Part shown: positions 12,826-25,200 of the stretch, piece by piece | Position numbering within the stretch: the stretch's first letter is position 1 | Layout: each line of letters begins with the position of its first letter | Notes under the pieces: model-generated | What the model saw: only the letters and a program-made list of their open reading frames with translations | Database searches by the model: none | What the model was told of the DNA's origin: nothing | Assembly (NCBI GenBank): GCA_001724265.1 | Contig: MEDY01000004.1 | Location: 248,001 to 312,000, forward strand | From: Rhizaria sp. SCN 62-66 | Taxonomy: Eukaryota | DNA length: 64,000 nucleotides | Direction of reading: 5' to 3' | Made by a program: the position numbers and the translations under genes

Positions 12826-14579
12826 AACGTGTATGAGCTAAACGTACATTGCTGCAGCATCACGGTGTGTTTTCATTGGCACGTGTCTTTGATCGCGTTT
12901 GACGCCCGTTTCAAGTGATTATGATGCTCAGTTGAGTATGGATGGGTATAGCGCGTGTCAGGTTACGGCGTGTGCCGAACTGTGTGCATAACTTTGGTGT
13001 TTATCTTCAACTTGATCCGAGATAGTTTGCAGGTTACTTAGTTTTATGATTGTGTAAATTGATGGTTACTCGTCGTACTCTGTTGATACTAGGTGTATTT
13101 ACTTGGTTTGCTTTTGAGAGAGTAACACTTAATGCAGCCCGAGGCATGAGGAAAATAAAGGAGTTGCGTTGTGTTTAAACCAATGATAATGTATTGCAGT
13201 GTTGTTCGTAGATTGTTTTGTAAAGAACGATGCTAAATTGAGTCAGAGATAGTGTTGGGGGTGACGAGGTAAAGTTGGATGTGAGGTCGTGATAGTGACT
13301 TAAGGCGAATGAATGAGCATGGATTGTTCGTGCACTGGAATATTGACTTTGTTATTAAAGTATTAAACGTGGTGTTTAGGAATTAATATACTAACTAAAG
13401 TTATACGTTTTACAACTTATAGAGAAAACAAAACCAGCACGCACGAGACGAAACGAAAACAAAACGAAGCAAAGTAAAGTAGGGCCTAACAGCGGAAAGG
13501 CATACGTAGTACATAAACGCAATCACTTAAGCAATCGAGGGGACAAAGACAGAGTGGTGGAGTCAGAGTCAAAGTCAAAGACAGACAAATAAACGAGCGT
13601 ATGTGACAGCAAATACCGTAGCAACGACAACGGGGTGAATTGAAGGTTGTACAAAACAAAGCAAGACAAATGACAGAGACAGCGCCGAGGCAAAATGAAA
13701 CGAAGTACGCGCAGATGCACACACGCACCACTGACTGAGTGAAGCTAACGTACATTACAGCACAGTGAACATAACCCATGTTTTAAGACAAACAAGTGGG
13801 AGGTGGGAGACATCAACAGCACAATACTAGAGAGGGTAGACTGAAAGCAGGTCGTGTCCAAAGAGTTGCACACGTCTGAATTACGAGTGTTCTAGCCAGT
13901 CAAATAAAAGTACCGTCATGAGAAACCACAAAGTGCTCGCGTATTGACGAGAAGAAATGCGGGGCTGCGTACGTGCATGTGGAACAAAGACATATCAAAA
14001 GAGGAAGAACAAGACAGTCAGGCGGAGAGACAAACAGAGACACAGATACAAACATACATACGATGACTGTGACAGAGACAGTAGCAAATACAAAAGATAA
14101 ACGACTTGTTGCAAACGCAGTACAGTCCGACTGCGGGGTGAGTTGAATGCCGGAAGCCAGTCAATGACTGAGGAGTAGTGTAGTTAATACTCGCACCGTA
14201 AACTGCAACTGAGACCAATGTGCTAAAATCAAAGATGCTATGAAAGCACATAAACACTAGCAAAAAATAAACGCAAATAAAGATAGATGCAAAATAGGAC
14301 TAAGATATAGCTAACATGAAACAAAAGAAAAGTATCTGGATCTGCACTGCACTCCACTGAACGAACAGAGGAATCTTGAAACCACAACAGTTCATACCAA
14401 GCTGACACGGAGTGCACAGGATCTGCATCAAATAACAATGCACTCAAATAGCAATGGATAACTTGATGCGAAAGCTGAGATCACAGGTGGCAAAATCTAT
14501 CATCACACTGCCATCCTTTCACGCGACTTACTCAACTCGCAATACGTATACAGAACAGCACGAAACGACGACTGCGACG

Positions 14580-16520
14580 TTACGCAAACGCAGTGTCACC
14601 GTCCTCGTCAATCGCCGCCCGCGCAGCGCGATCTTTCTTCTTTTGCTTGCGCGCGCGCGCCTCTGCCGCAGCCTTCTCGAGCGCGGCCACGCGCGCCGCC
14701 GCGCGTTTGAGCTCGTCGTCGAGCGTGGACTCGTCCTCGCGCAGCGCCGAGGGCGTGGCGATGGGCCGGCCCTCGGGCGCGCTTAGTGGAACCGACGGCG
14801 CAAGTAGCGCGGCGTGCTGCGTCGCCGCGCTCGCAGTGGGGCTGGCCAAGTCGGAGGAGCGCGAGACCATGGAGCTGCCGGCGCCGGACAGCGTGCTCAC
14901 GCGGCGCTTATGGCCGCTGTCCGACACGCCTGAGCCGCCGGCGAGGGAGTCGGCGCTGACGCCAGAGCCAGACGCCGACGCCGCCGCCGCGGCGGAGGGC
15001 GCAAGGCGGACGCGGCCCGGCTTGTTGGAGACTGAGGCCAGGAGCGCGTCGAGCGAGTCGCCGCCGTTCGCCGTGGCACCGCTGGCGCTCGTGCTGCTTG
15101 CGGCCGCACTGCTGCTGCTGCTGCTGCTGTTGAGCGGTGCAACGGCGACCGGGGGCACGGACGCAGGGTCAACGCCGCGCAGCTGCGCGCGCGAGCGGCG
15201 CGAGGCCTCGATCTCGGCCTCGATCTGAGCGCGGTGGGTAAGCAGGTCAGCCGTTGTGGCCGCGGCAGAGAGCTTACGCCCGTGCGTGGGCGTGACAAAG
15301 CCCGAACCCAGCGCCGCGTTGGTCGGCGACGCGGGGCCCTCGCCGCCGCTGTAGGAGCCGGGCAGGCTACCAGCTGGGCGCGGTGACGAGACGAGCGAAA
15401 GTTGCGCGGCTGTGGAGCCCGGGCCAGGGCGGCGCGCGGAGGCGGGGCCACCGCCGGCCGCGGCGGGCTTGTTAAACGATGCGAGCTGCGCGCGCAGCGA
15501 CTCGATCTCGCTGCGGCGCGCGGCGCCGAGGCGATCGAGCTCCACGGCCTCCGAGGCCAGGCGCGTCGCCATCGCCGTGGTTTGCGCAGAGGAAGGGGAC
15601 ATAGACAGCGAGGGGTTCACTGTCAGCGCGGGTGGCGGCGCCAGAGAGCTCCCACTATGGCCATGACTGTGCGCGCTGCCATTCAGGGCACCGTTGGCAA
15701 CGGCGAAGTCGTACGTGGGCGGCTGGATGAGCGTGTCCGCATGCTCTGCGCCCAGCACCAGCCCCGCGGGGCGCGAGCGGAAAGAGGACAGACCTGCCGC
15801 CAGCGATGATGCCGAGCCGGGGGCGGGCGCCGCAGACGTACCGTACTTGGCTTTGTGGTCCGCGAGTGCGGTGGCCATCGCAGCTTGGATCTGTGACATG
15901 GTCGTGCTCGTTTTGCGCGTCATAGTAGCTATGTCCGACGGCTGCGCGGCATCAGCGTCGCTAGTCGAGTGATGCCCCGAGCCCGCGCCAGCGGAAGACG
16001 AGGACGCAGTGTGAGTGGCAGCCGCAGCGGCGGCCCCGCGCGCGCTGGCGAGCTGCTGCTTCTGCTGGTGTTCCTCGGCTTTGCGCAGCAGCGCGTCCAT
16101 GCGGTTGTTTAGCTCCTGCAGACTGTTGAAGACGTCCTGGTTGCTCGCGCCACCGTTTGGGGATGCGGTGCTAATGCGCGCGGGGCGGTGCGAGCCAGCG
16201 CCAGCAGGCTGCGCGCCAGGCGGCGGCTGGGGGGCGCGGAGGCGGCCAGGGGACGTCACTCCTGGCTCTGGTGGGCGCGCATGGGCCGCCGAGGGCGCGG
16301 TCACAAAGGACGATGACTTTAGCACTGGTAGGGCGGCTCCAGGTGGCTCAGCACCGTACGCGGCGTCGCCGGATATGTCTTGAATTGGCGCATGCTTGTC
16401 GGCGTACTCGATCAAGACAGGCGGTGCGGTGGGACGCGTCGGAGTTGCGGCTGGGGGAGCAGCCGACGCGTAGTCTGAGGGTTCGGAAGGGGGCATGGCG
16501 GTTGAGCCTCCTCCACCCAT
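14580..16520 (-). CDS. Hypothetical Ala/Ser/Pro-rich protein with short coiled coils, 646 aa; possible N-myristoylation (MGGGGS)
   Basis: Long GC-rich ORF ending in TAA, with coiled-coil-like segments (VFNSLQELNNRMDALLRKAEE; LDDELKRAAARVAALEKAAAE). TTTCTCAG immediately before GC-ATG suggests an upstream intron, so the true 5' end is uncertain. Confidence 0.7.
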   Translation of the reverse strand: MGGGGSTAMPPSEPSDYASAAPPAATPTRPTAPPVLIEYADKHAPIQDISGDAAYGAEPPGAALPVLKSSSFVTAPSAAHARPPEPGVTSPGRLRAPQPPPGAQPAGAGSHRPARISTASPNGGASNQDVFNSLQELNNRMDALLRKAEEHQQKQQLASARGAAAAAATHTASSSSAGAGSGHHSTSDADAAQPSDIATMTRKTSTTMSQIQAAMATALADHKAKYGTSAAPAPGSASSLAAGLSSFRSRPAGLVLGAEHADTLIQPPTYDFAVANGALNGSAHSHGHSGSSLAPPPALTVNPSLSMSPSSAQTTAMATRLASEAVELDRLGAARRSEIESLRAQLASFNKPAAAGGGPASARRPGPGSTAAQLSLVSSPRPAGSLPGSYSGGEGPASPTNAALGSGFVTPTHGRKLSAAATTADLLTHRAQIEAEIEASRRSRAQLRGVDPASVPPVAVAPLNSSSSSSSAAASSTSASGATANGGDSLDALLASVSNKPGRVRLAPSAAAAASASGSGVSADSLAGGSGVSDSGHKRRVSTLSGAGSSMVSRSSDLASPTASAATQHAALLAPSVPLSAPEGRPIATPSALREDESTLDDELKRAAARVAALEKAAAEARARKQKKKDRAARAAIDEDGDTAFA

Positions 16521-17167
16521 GCCTGAGAAAGCCCGGTGACGAGTGCTACTCGGCAGAAAGTGGGCACGTTAAGAGTCCCACTCTCAATCGATGGGGCAAT
16601 ATAAAGCTGTCCAAGAGCACGGGACGCCAAGAAACAAACGCTTTGGGTCTACATGTCAAGGAGGGCAGAGAGCGAACGATGATTAATAAGATGGTGTAGA
16701 CCGTGAGGTGAAAAAAGCAAGAATGCACATGAGAGAAAATAGAGAAATCAAACTATACACTTTACGTCATATCCATCTAGCCTTCTCTGGACCTCGCTGA
16801 GGAGCCGTTTCTAGGAAGCTCGCTTTCAGTGAACGTTTTTTAGCCTCCTTCGAACTTTTTTTCGGCCCTGCGCGCTGCCCGTTGCGCTGCCGCGAGAGAC
16901 GTTGGTTTGAGTTGGATCGATCATTGAGGTCCTGGACATATTCCGTCGTCAATAACAATTTATGACATTTGTCTCGTTTTGATCGGGTGTGTTGGAATAT
17001 ATATATTTTTTAGCTCTCTCTTTTGTGTCGTATATATGTCAGATCGAAGTACTTTTTATCCCACCTCAAACAGCTCTCATCAAGCCCAGCATTCATCGCA
17101 CCGTCGCAGTTCCACTTCTTCCCTTCATTCAGTTCCAGCACTACTGGCTGTGCTTTGCTTGCCCGCC

Positions 17168-20100
17168 ATGGATGCCGCCTTTGCGCGCCTGATCCAGTGC
17201 TTGGACACGATTTATAACCCGACGACGCCAAACGACGCGCGCACCGCAGAGTATGCTGTGCTCGACAAGTTCAAGGCCTCGAACCCGCCCGACGTGGCAC
17301 GCATCGCTTTCGAGCTGATCGCACGTCCCGATCTTCCGCTGCACTCGCGTTTCTTTGGCGCCCAAGCCCTCAGCCACATCATTAAGGTTGTGCTCGCGCC
17401 CGTCGACGACGCGCATAGCGCCATCGCCGATATCTGCACTCAGACCTGCGCGCTGCTCGCGTCGCCGGCGTTGGACCTCGCCACGTCCGGGCAGCCCGCC
17501 AAAGTGCTCGCAACGCGCCTTGTAGCTGTGCTCCTTGACGGCGCCAAGGCGGTCTGGCCTACGCACTGGCCCACGCTCTTGGCGGATGTCTCCGCGCTCT
17601 CGGCCACTGGCCCCACCGGTGCGCTCGCTGCGATGACCTTCATCAACGATCTCACCGACGCCGCGTTCAACGCAACGCCTTCTCTCACGCCCGCGCGCCG
17701 CTTGCAGCTGACTGACGCACTCGACGACTCGCTCGAGGACGAACTGCTTCCCGCCATCGTTCGCACCGCCTGCGCCGCGCTTGTGCTCGCTGGGGTCGAC
17801 TCGAGCGCATTCGCCGCCGCCGTGCCTGCCGCCAACGCGCCGGGGTCCGAGCTGCTGGCGCGTCTGGCCTCCGCGGCCTCGGCGCCCTGGTTGGTGTCGG
17901 CGCTGGTCTCCGCCTCGGCCTCCGCGCTGGGCGCCGCGGCCCCCTGCACGACCCCCGCGACCCTGCGTGAGTCGGGCGCGTGGGCCGTTTTGCAAGCGCT
18001 GCTGCTAGAGCCTGTCACCAGCGTTGCCGCCAACGCAACGGCTGCGGCGCTGCTGTCGCGGCGCATCAAGCGCGCGTCGATGTTTGGCGCCGAGTTCGTG
18101 GAGCTCTGGCAGACTGTACTGCGGCTTCTCACGTTGTCCTCGGCGCCTGAGGCGAGGAACAACCTCGGCCGCGGCGCGCAGACGCGCATCCTGTGCGCGG
18201 CGCTGCGCACGGCGACGCTGCTGGTGCGCGACTGCCACGACGCACTGACTGTGCTCCCGCGGACCGGCAGCGGCGCCGGCGACGGCGGCGCGCTGCTCGA
18301 GAGTGTCGTGACCAACACGCTCGGCGCCGCGCTGGCGCTGGCCGAGTTCGACTCGCGCCGCGTCGTGCTTGAGGCTGGAGAGCTTGCGCTCGCAGTGGCC
18401 GAGGCCAGGCTGCTGGTTAACCACACCGGCGCGCCCGCGCAGGCACTGCGGACCGCGCTGCCGCCTCTCGTTGCTCTCACGCTGCGGCTCGCGTCCCGGC
18501 TGCCGGTGCGGCCGCGCGACGCTGAGGAAAGCGACGACGAAGATGAGGGCTGTTTCGATGCAGAAGAGGAGACTGCGCGCGACTTGCAGTGGGAGCGCAA
18601 TGGCCGCGCGACCGCGGGGCGGTTGTGCATGGCACTCGCGGCCACCACGCCGTCGGGCCTACTTGCCGCGTTCATGCAGGAGACTGGCCGCGCAGTCGTT
18701 GACTTTCAGGTACGCAACATGTGATGTTTATTTTGACTTCAAAACATGAACAAATAATGATCATACTTGGTCTATTACATTATCTATTCTTTGAGCTCAC
18801 ATGTGATGTTGTCCCTCTAATTGCAAACGTATTATGTCAGACTGCTGACGCGTCTTGTGCGCCTACGGTTGCAACGCGCTTTCCGCTGCGCTCCTACGAC
18901 GTGCCGTTTAGTGCCGAGTTTAACGCCACCGCCGCGCCACAGAAGGCTGGCACGACGGCTTGCGACTGCGACGGCTACTTCCGCTTCGACGCCGCCGCTT
19001 CTCTGGTTGTTGACATCGTGAGCGCGCTCGGCCATCTGTGGCGCCCGCTCTCAGCGCAGGCCGCCGCGGCCGAGGGCGCCGCTGCCGCCGCGGGGACTGG
19101 CGCGGGCGAGCGCACCGTGGTGGACTACTGTCACCCGCGCGGCGCCGCAGCCCCGCTGTCGGAGGTGCTGGCGATGGTGCGGTCCGAGCTCAAGGCGCTG
19201 TTCGACGCCGCGCGCGAGCTCGAGTCCCGGGAACTCATGGGCTACGTGCCCAAAGTACGCCTGCTCACGCAGCTTATCCCGGTCTACAACGCCGGCGACG
19301 CGACGCCCGCGGCGCTGGTGACCGCGCTGGCCCCGCTGTTCCTGATCTCGGCCTCGCTGCCGCCCGCGGCCGAGGCTGCGCGCGTGCTGGGCGAGCTCCA
19401 GCGCAAGGCGGCTTACCTTCTTGAGGCCGCCATGAAGCGCGTGGCCGCCTCAGCCCCGTTGGGCGCCGCGCCTGGGGAGGTCGCCGCGCTGCTTGAGCGC
19501 TGCAGCTCCGCCGCGGCGGCCGCGGCTGCGGGTGGCGCGTCGTGCGCTACGACGCTGCACACGACGGCGCTGGTGGTGCTATGCCGCTACGGCAGCGCGG
19601 CGGAGCAGCAGGCGGCGCTGCAGCCGCGCGTGGAGCAGGCGCTTACGGCCTGGGACGCCGCGACGCAGGGTGTGCTTGCGCAGTCGCCCGCCGACGTCCT
19701 GGGCGAGGGCGCGGAGGAGCAGGCGCTGACGGCGGCGCAGGCGGCGGCGTGGCCGGCGGTGCTGGGCGGCGTCCCCGGGGCCGCGCAACCGCCCGTGAAC
19801 GACTCTGCGGCGCACCGCGCGCGCACAAACGCGGACCGCGCGATGATCGAGCTCTCGGTTGCGCTGCGCTCTCTCGTGGTTTACACCGCGCCCACGGCCA
19901 CCGCGCCCGCCGCAGCCACCAGTGATACCGGCGACAGCATGGGCGACACCGCCGAGAGCGCGAAGGAGGCCGCGGGCAGCACGAACCACGGCGGCGACAG
20001 GCTTGGTACGGGTCTGTCCGCGCTCATTGGCGCGCCGGGCGGCAAGGGCGAGTCCTTCGCGCCCAACATCCCGGCGATTCTGACAGTCGCGCTGCCCACT

Positions 20101-21676
20101 GTCGTGGCCGCGCTGGCGTGGCTACTGCGCGCACACACGACAGCCGCGGCGCAGGAGCGCGGGCCCGCGCTGGCCATCATTGCGGCGCCGTCGCTTGCGC
20201 ACGCGCAGTGGCTGCTGAGGTGGGACGCGTTCCACACTGTGGGGTCAGTCGATGCGGCGCCGACTGAAGCGGGGCGTTACGTTCCGCTTGAGGTCAACGG
20301 GTACGTTTCACACATTATCTAAGGCAGAATTAGATTGGTATGTCGAGTTTTTATTTGCTAATTGAATTGAATACTGTTTAAAAATTCACGAAACTGAACT
20401 CATTTTGTTCATTTTCAATCCTATCCATTTGTGACACGCAACCCGCAGCTGGCTGATCCGCTCGCAGCAGGCCGCGGCGCAGATCGTTTCCGCCGCGCAT
20501 CTCGGCGGCGACGCCTTCTATCAGGCGCAGGCGGGCGCGCTGGCCCCGCTCGTGCCACTAGTGTCCCTGCTTTCGCTTTCGCAGCTCGACACGCTGTGGC
20601 GCAAGGTCCTCGTCCCGCTCATCTACGACTGCCCACACTGGGCCTACCAGGCCTTTTTCGGAACCCTTGTCACGGACACGCTTGCCGCGATGCGCGACTC
20701 ATTTGCCTGCGCGTACAACAACCCCGCCGCGGCTGTTAACGTGGACGCCATCGCGCCGCCGACCTTCGCCGCGCTGCTGGCTCGCGTGCGTGGACCAGCA
20801 CGGCTGTTGCACGGTGCCACCCGCGGCGGCGGCGCCGAGGCCTCAGAGCTGCTGACCGAGCTGGAGATCCTGGAGGACGCGGACTGCGCCGATGTCCTCA
20901 CCCGCGGGCTTGACTCGCTGCTTACGTTACTGCAGCTGGCCCCGCATGGGCAGCGCGCCTTCGACCGCGCCGTGACCGACAAGGTCAACGCGTTCGGTGG
21001 CAGCGCGGCGGTATCGGCTTCCGCAGCTGTCGCGGCCGCGGCAGTTGGCAACGGCGCCGCAGCCAACGCGCTGATGATGTTCCCGGCGTCCCCGCCGCTC
21101 GCACTTTTGGCGTCCGACTTAAACGCGACGATCGGGTTCCTCGTCGTCGCGGCCGAGGGTCCGGTGGTGCCCGCGAGCATCAAGGCCGTGCGCGTGCTCC
21201 GCGCGCTCGGCGTCGCCGCCTGCCGCGCGGGCGAAGAGGCCACCGCCACGGCCGTGCTGGGCGCGGCGGAGCGGCTGCTGTGCGGATGGGCGGCTGAGAC
21301 CGCGGCGACGATCGCGGCCGGCGCGGACCGGCGCCGCGGCTCGAGCGTATCATGTCATGGCGACAAGGGCGTGTACGCAGAGGAGGTGTGCGCGATGCTG
21401 CGCGATCTGCTCGTGTGCTTCCATGGCGTGTCGCGCACGGCAGTTGACATGGCGCTGCGGCTGCCGAACATGACCGCGGATCACGTGGGGAACCTGCTGA
21501 ACCTCGCAGCCGGCGACGGCGCGCACTGGGCGCTGCCGGGCGAAGTGGAGAAGGAACAGAAGCTCGCGCGCGCGCTGGGCGCGGCTAAGGCAAGCATCAA
21601 CGCTAAGACCAGGAAGCAGTTCCAAAGCTATCTCACGCAGGTGCTTGTGCCAAGCTCTGTGGCTGGACAGGACTGA
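17168..21676 (+). CDS. XPO5: Exportin-5/HASTY/Msn5-like importin-beta family protein, 3 exons (17168-18709, 18841-20300, 20449-21676), about 1409 aa
   Basis: N-terminal LIQCLDTIYNP...RFFGAQALSHIIK (cf. XPO5 RHFGLQILEHVVK) and VWPTHWPTLL. C-terminal half has LGGDAFY and VLVPLIYDCP. Introns 18710-18840 (GTACGC..CTAAT..CAG, phase 0) and 20301-20448 (GTACGT..CAG, phase 2) join the three ORFs in frame. Stop is TGA. Confidence 0.8.
18710..18840 (+). other. Spliceosomal intron 1 (exportin-5)
   Basis: GTACGC donor, AT-rich body, CTAAT branch-like motif, CAG acceptor. Confidence 0.85.
20301..20448 (+). other. Spliceosomal intron 2 (exportin-5)
   Basis: GTACGT donor, AT-rich body, CGCAG acceptor, phase 2. 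Confidence 0.85.
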
Positions 21677-22290
21677 AATGATAATTATCGTGAATGTGAG
21701 TGTTATTTTGAATCAGGCGTGACATCGTGCATTGTCATAGATATTGCTTGGACACTTGTGTCTGTGTCTGACTGAGCGTGCTATTTAAGTTTTCCTTTGG
21801 GGGACAGATACATATTTAACGTATTATTCAAATATAACTTGGCTTGACGTCGCAGGAGATTTATGAAGTTGGGCGTGGCATGTGTGCCAGTGACAGGTCG
21901 GGTTGCAAAGTCCGAATTTTCACGAACCGGCCGAGCCCCAAAGAACCACCCCAAGCTTTGGAGGCCATCTTTTGGAGCCCGATTTCTTCGTGTTATATGT
22001 GACGTGCAGGACACTGTGTAGATTGATATAGTAGAACGAGTGGATATGTATTTGGAATTTTGATCGCATGTAATCAAGTAGTCACAAATTTGTGCTACGA
22101 TGTCTGACTGAGTTCGCCCATATTCGAGCAACCTATCTTGATTTTTTCACTCTAACCAGTTCAAACCCACCCCTGTCGTTGTTCCTGTTCTCTTGTATCA
22201 CTATGTAACGCACTGGCACATCTTTCACAGCCCCTCAGCGACTTAGTTCACACCGGCTGAGACTCTCGTCGGGGCACTTTTGCAGCCAAG

Positions 22291-25200
22291 ATGGACAGCA
22301 ACCTGAGGGGGGCGAATGCGCCCCCGCTGTTCCCGGCGCCCGCGCCTGACGGCAACCGACCTTCACAACCGCTTGCACCGCCAGGCCGCGCAGGGTCGAG
22401 TCAGTCGATGCGCGCTGGGCCGCCATACGCCCCAACGCCTTCGTCCTCACCATCTCAGTCAACTCATACAACGCTCATGCCACAGGGCACTTCACTGCGG
22501 TCCCTCCAGAGCTTGCAGGCTGGCTCCTCCATCCCTTCGGCCCTGGGCGGCTACGTGCCCGACTTTTCCGCGCACGGCGCCTCTGAGGCGTCCGACGACT
22601 CGCTATCCTTCCAGGCACATCTGCAGCACGAGTCGCTGCCAGTCTCCCCGACCAGCCGCGGCGTCTTCGCCCACCTGCACCACTCGGCGCGCCCCGGGGG
22701 GCTGACCTCCGTCGTCATCACCGCCGGCGCCGCCGCAGGGGCCGCTGACCGCGCTACTACACGTTCTGCGATGCGTCAAATCTCTGCGCGCGCGCCGCCC
22801 GGCTTTTTCGACCTGCCCTCGCTGCCGCACACTGCGACCACTGCCGCCGCCACGGCTGGCGCAAGCAATGGCAAGGACGCTCTCGCGTGCCGCAGCTACG
22901 ACGACCACCGGAACGTGCCCAGCAACGCGGCGGACAGCAGCAACACGAACCCTGCGGAGTTTATGCTGAGCCACGCGTCGTTGGAGGCCGCGCTCGAGGC
23001 CGATGCGCTCTGCATCGATGGCTCCGCAGCCGCAGCCGCAGCCGCCGCGGCCCCCGCGCACGCCCCCGCGTGCCCCATAGACTTCCCGCGCCCCGCGATG
23101 ACTGCCACCAGCTCCAGCAGCACTGGCACAGGCGCGGGGGCAGGCGTGGGGCATGATGAGGGCGCTGGCGCCAGTGAGGCTGACGATGTGTTCGTCATCA
23201 CACCGCGGTCGCCGATCGTCACCGCGACGTCGGCGGCGGCCGCGCACAACACGGGTGCGTCAGATTACGCGCGGTTCGGCCAGTATGAGCAGTACGGCCG
23301 CGGACCTGGACATCATGGCAACTCCCGCACCAACAGTGGCGACCCTCCCAGCGACGACAGTCTCGCGCTGCCCTTCGACCACCACGTGCACGGCCACATG
23401 CACGTACATGGCCACGGTGCGGGCATGATGTCGTCGTTCCCCGACGACTCGGACGACCACGTTGAGTCGCAATCACGCCCGCAGTCGCACTCTCGGTCTC
23501 AAGTGCGGCTCGCGACCAGCGTCGGGACAGACCCCGATCTGGACCAGCAGCAGTTCGTCGCGACCGCCAACGCCGAGGCCGCCAACAGGGCCATTGCGGC
23601 CGACGCATCCAAGGCGCCCACGCCCGCGTCCGACTCGGCCGGCGCCGCGGGCGCCGCGGCCGGCGAGGCCGCGGGTGGTGAGACCGCCGCACCCAACCTG
23701 GCCCCGGCCGCGCCCGCGTTCGCGGCCGTCGCGCCCGCGCGCGTGGTGTTCGCGGCGCCCAACGGCCACGCGCCCGACGCCGCGATCCTCAAGCACACGT
23801 GCCGCGCGCACGCGCACTGCGCGCCGGGTCATAGACACGAGTCGGTGCGCGGCAGCGAGATGGCCGCGTTGGCCTCGCTCGACGCCGCCGCCGCCACCGT
23901 CGCCGCCACGGCCGCCGTTGAGGACGCCGCCGCAGCCTAGACCGGCTCTGGCGCCGGCGCTCTCGCCGGCAGCTCGGCCACCAGCGCGGCGGTCGCGGCG
24001 GCCGCACAGCTCGGCGCCGGCCCCGGCGGACTCCCGCTGTCACGCGCACTGCCCGTGGCCGAGGGCGACGACCCCAACTGTCTGGCTTGCGCGTTCGCGC
24101 TTGATTGCTCGATGTTGCCCGCCGCAGGCGCCACAGCCGGCTCGGTCACGCTCGCCACGCTGCGCGCCGCCGTCGCCCATGCCGAGGCTGCCACGGGCGC
24201 CGCGGCCGGGCACCTCATCATCCCGGGCGTCGTGCCTTTGCTCCGCGTCCACAACGCTGCGCACGCGCATGACGCTGCGGTGACCCACCGCGCCGCGATG
24301 CAGGACACAACGTCCGCTGCGGGCGCTGGCGAGGGCTCCGCAGTGACTCTGGAGCTGGTCCCGCCCACGGCGGACCCAGTTCACACTGCGCTGGGCCCCG
24401 CGGACCGCTGGGAGTTCGAGGCCGAGGAGCGCGCCGCGGCCGCGGCCTCGGGCCTTGCCGCCGCAGCCGCCGCAGCCGCCACTGCGGTTGCCGCGGGCAC
24501 CGCTTGCGCGCCCGCTCAGGCGCACACGCACGCACTGGCGATGGCGGCGGTGGCCGCGGGGGCGGGCGGGTCGCCCTCGCACGGCGCCTGGCCGGCCGAG
24601 GGTACGCTCAGCAACAGTAACAGCTACAGCTACTACGGCTCCGCCTCGGCCAGCGCCGCGCTCAGCGCCGCGCCCGCCGGTGCCACGGTCCAGACGCGCG
24701 CGCGCGCCGGCAGCGCCGCCGGCTCTACGCCCTACGCCGGGCCCGCGAGCGCCAGCGCCAGCGGCCTGTGCGGCCCCGCGAGCGGCACTGCGCTAGCGGC
24801 GCTGTATGGCAACAACCGCGCTCACCACACGTACTCAGCGGTGGGGTTCCGCCAGCTGCAGCAGCAGCAACAGCAGCACCTGCAGCAGCTCCAGTTTCAG
24901 CAACAGCAGCAGCAGCACCAACACGAGGCCGACTGCGCGGGCGACGACGGGCTCGTGGTGCTGCCGTACGCGCCGACCCCGCCCTACGGCGCGATCGCGC
25001 TCTCGAGCGGCGGGCCCGTGGCATCGGCCGCCACGGGCGCGCTCTCGGCGCTGCACGACCGCTCGCCCTCGGTCACGCCCAGCCTCCACGGTTACGGCCC
25101 CGCGCCGGCGCCCGCGGGCGCGCATCACCACCTTGCGCTCGCGCACTCGCACTCGGCGCTTGCGGGGGCCTCCAGCGCCAGCTCCGCGGCGGGTAACGCC

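Noticed and set aside
16979-17167. N-terminal ORF extensions from TTG/GTG/CTG starts (exportin-5 here; likewise 56576-56950, 36836-36865 and 60750-60785)
   Set aside because: These are AT- or pyrimidine-rich UTR-like sequences, and homology begins at the downstream ATG.
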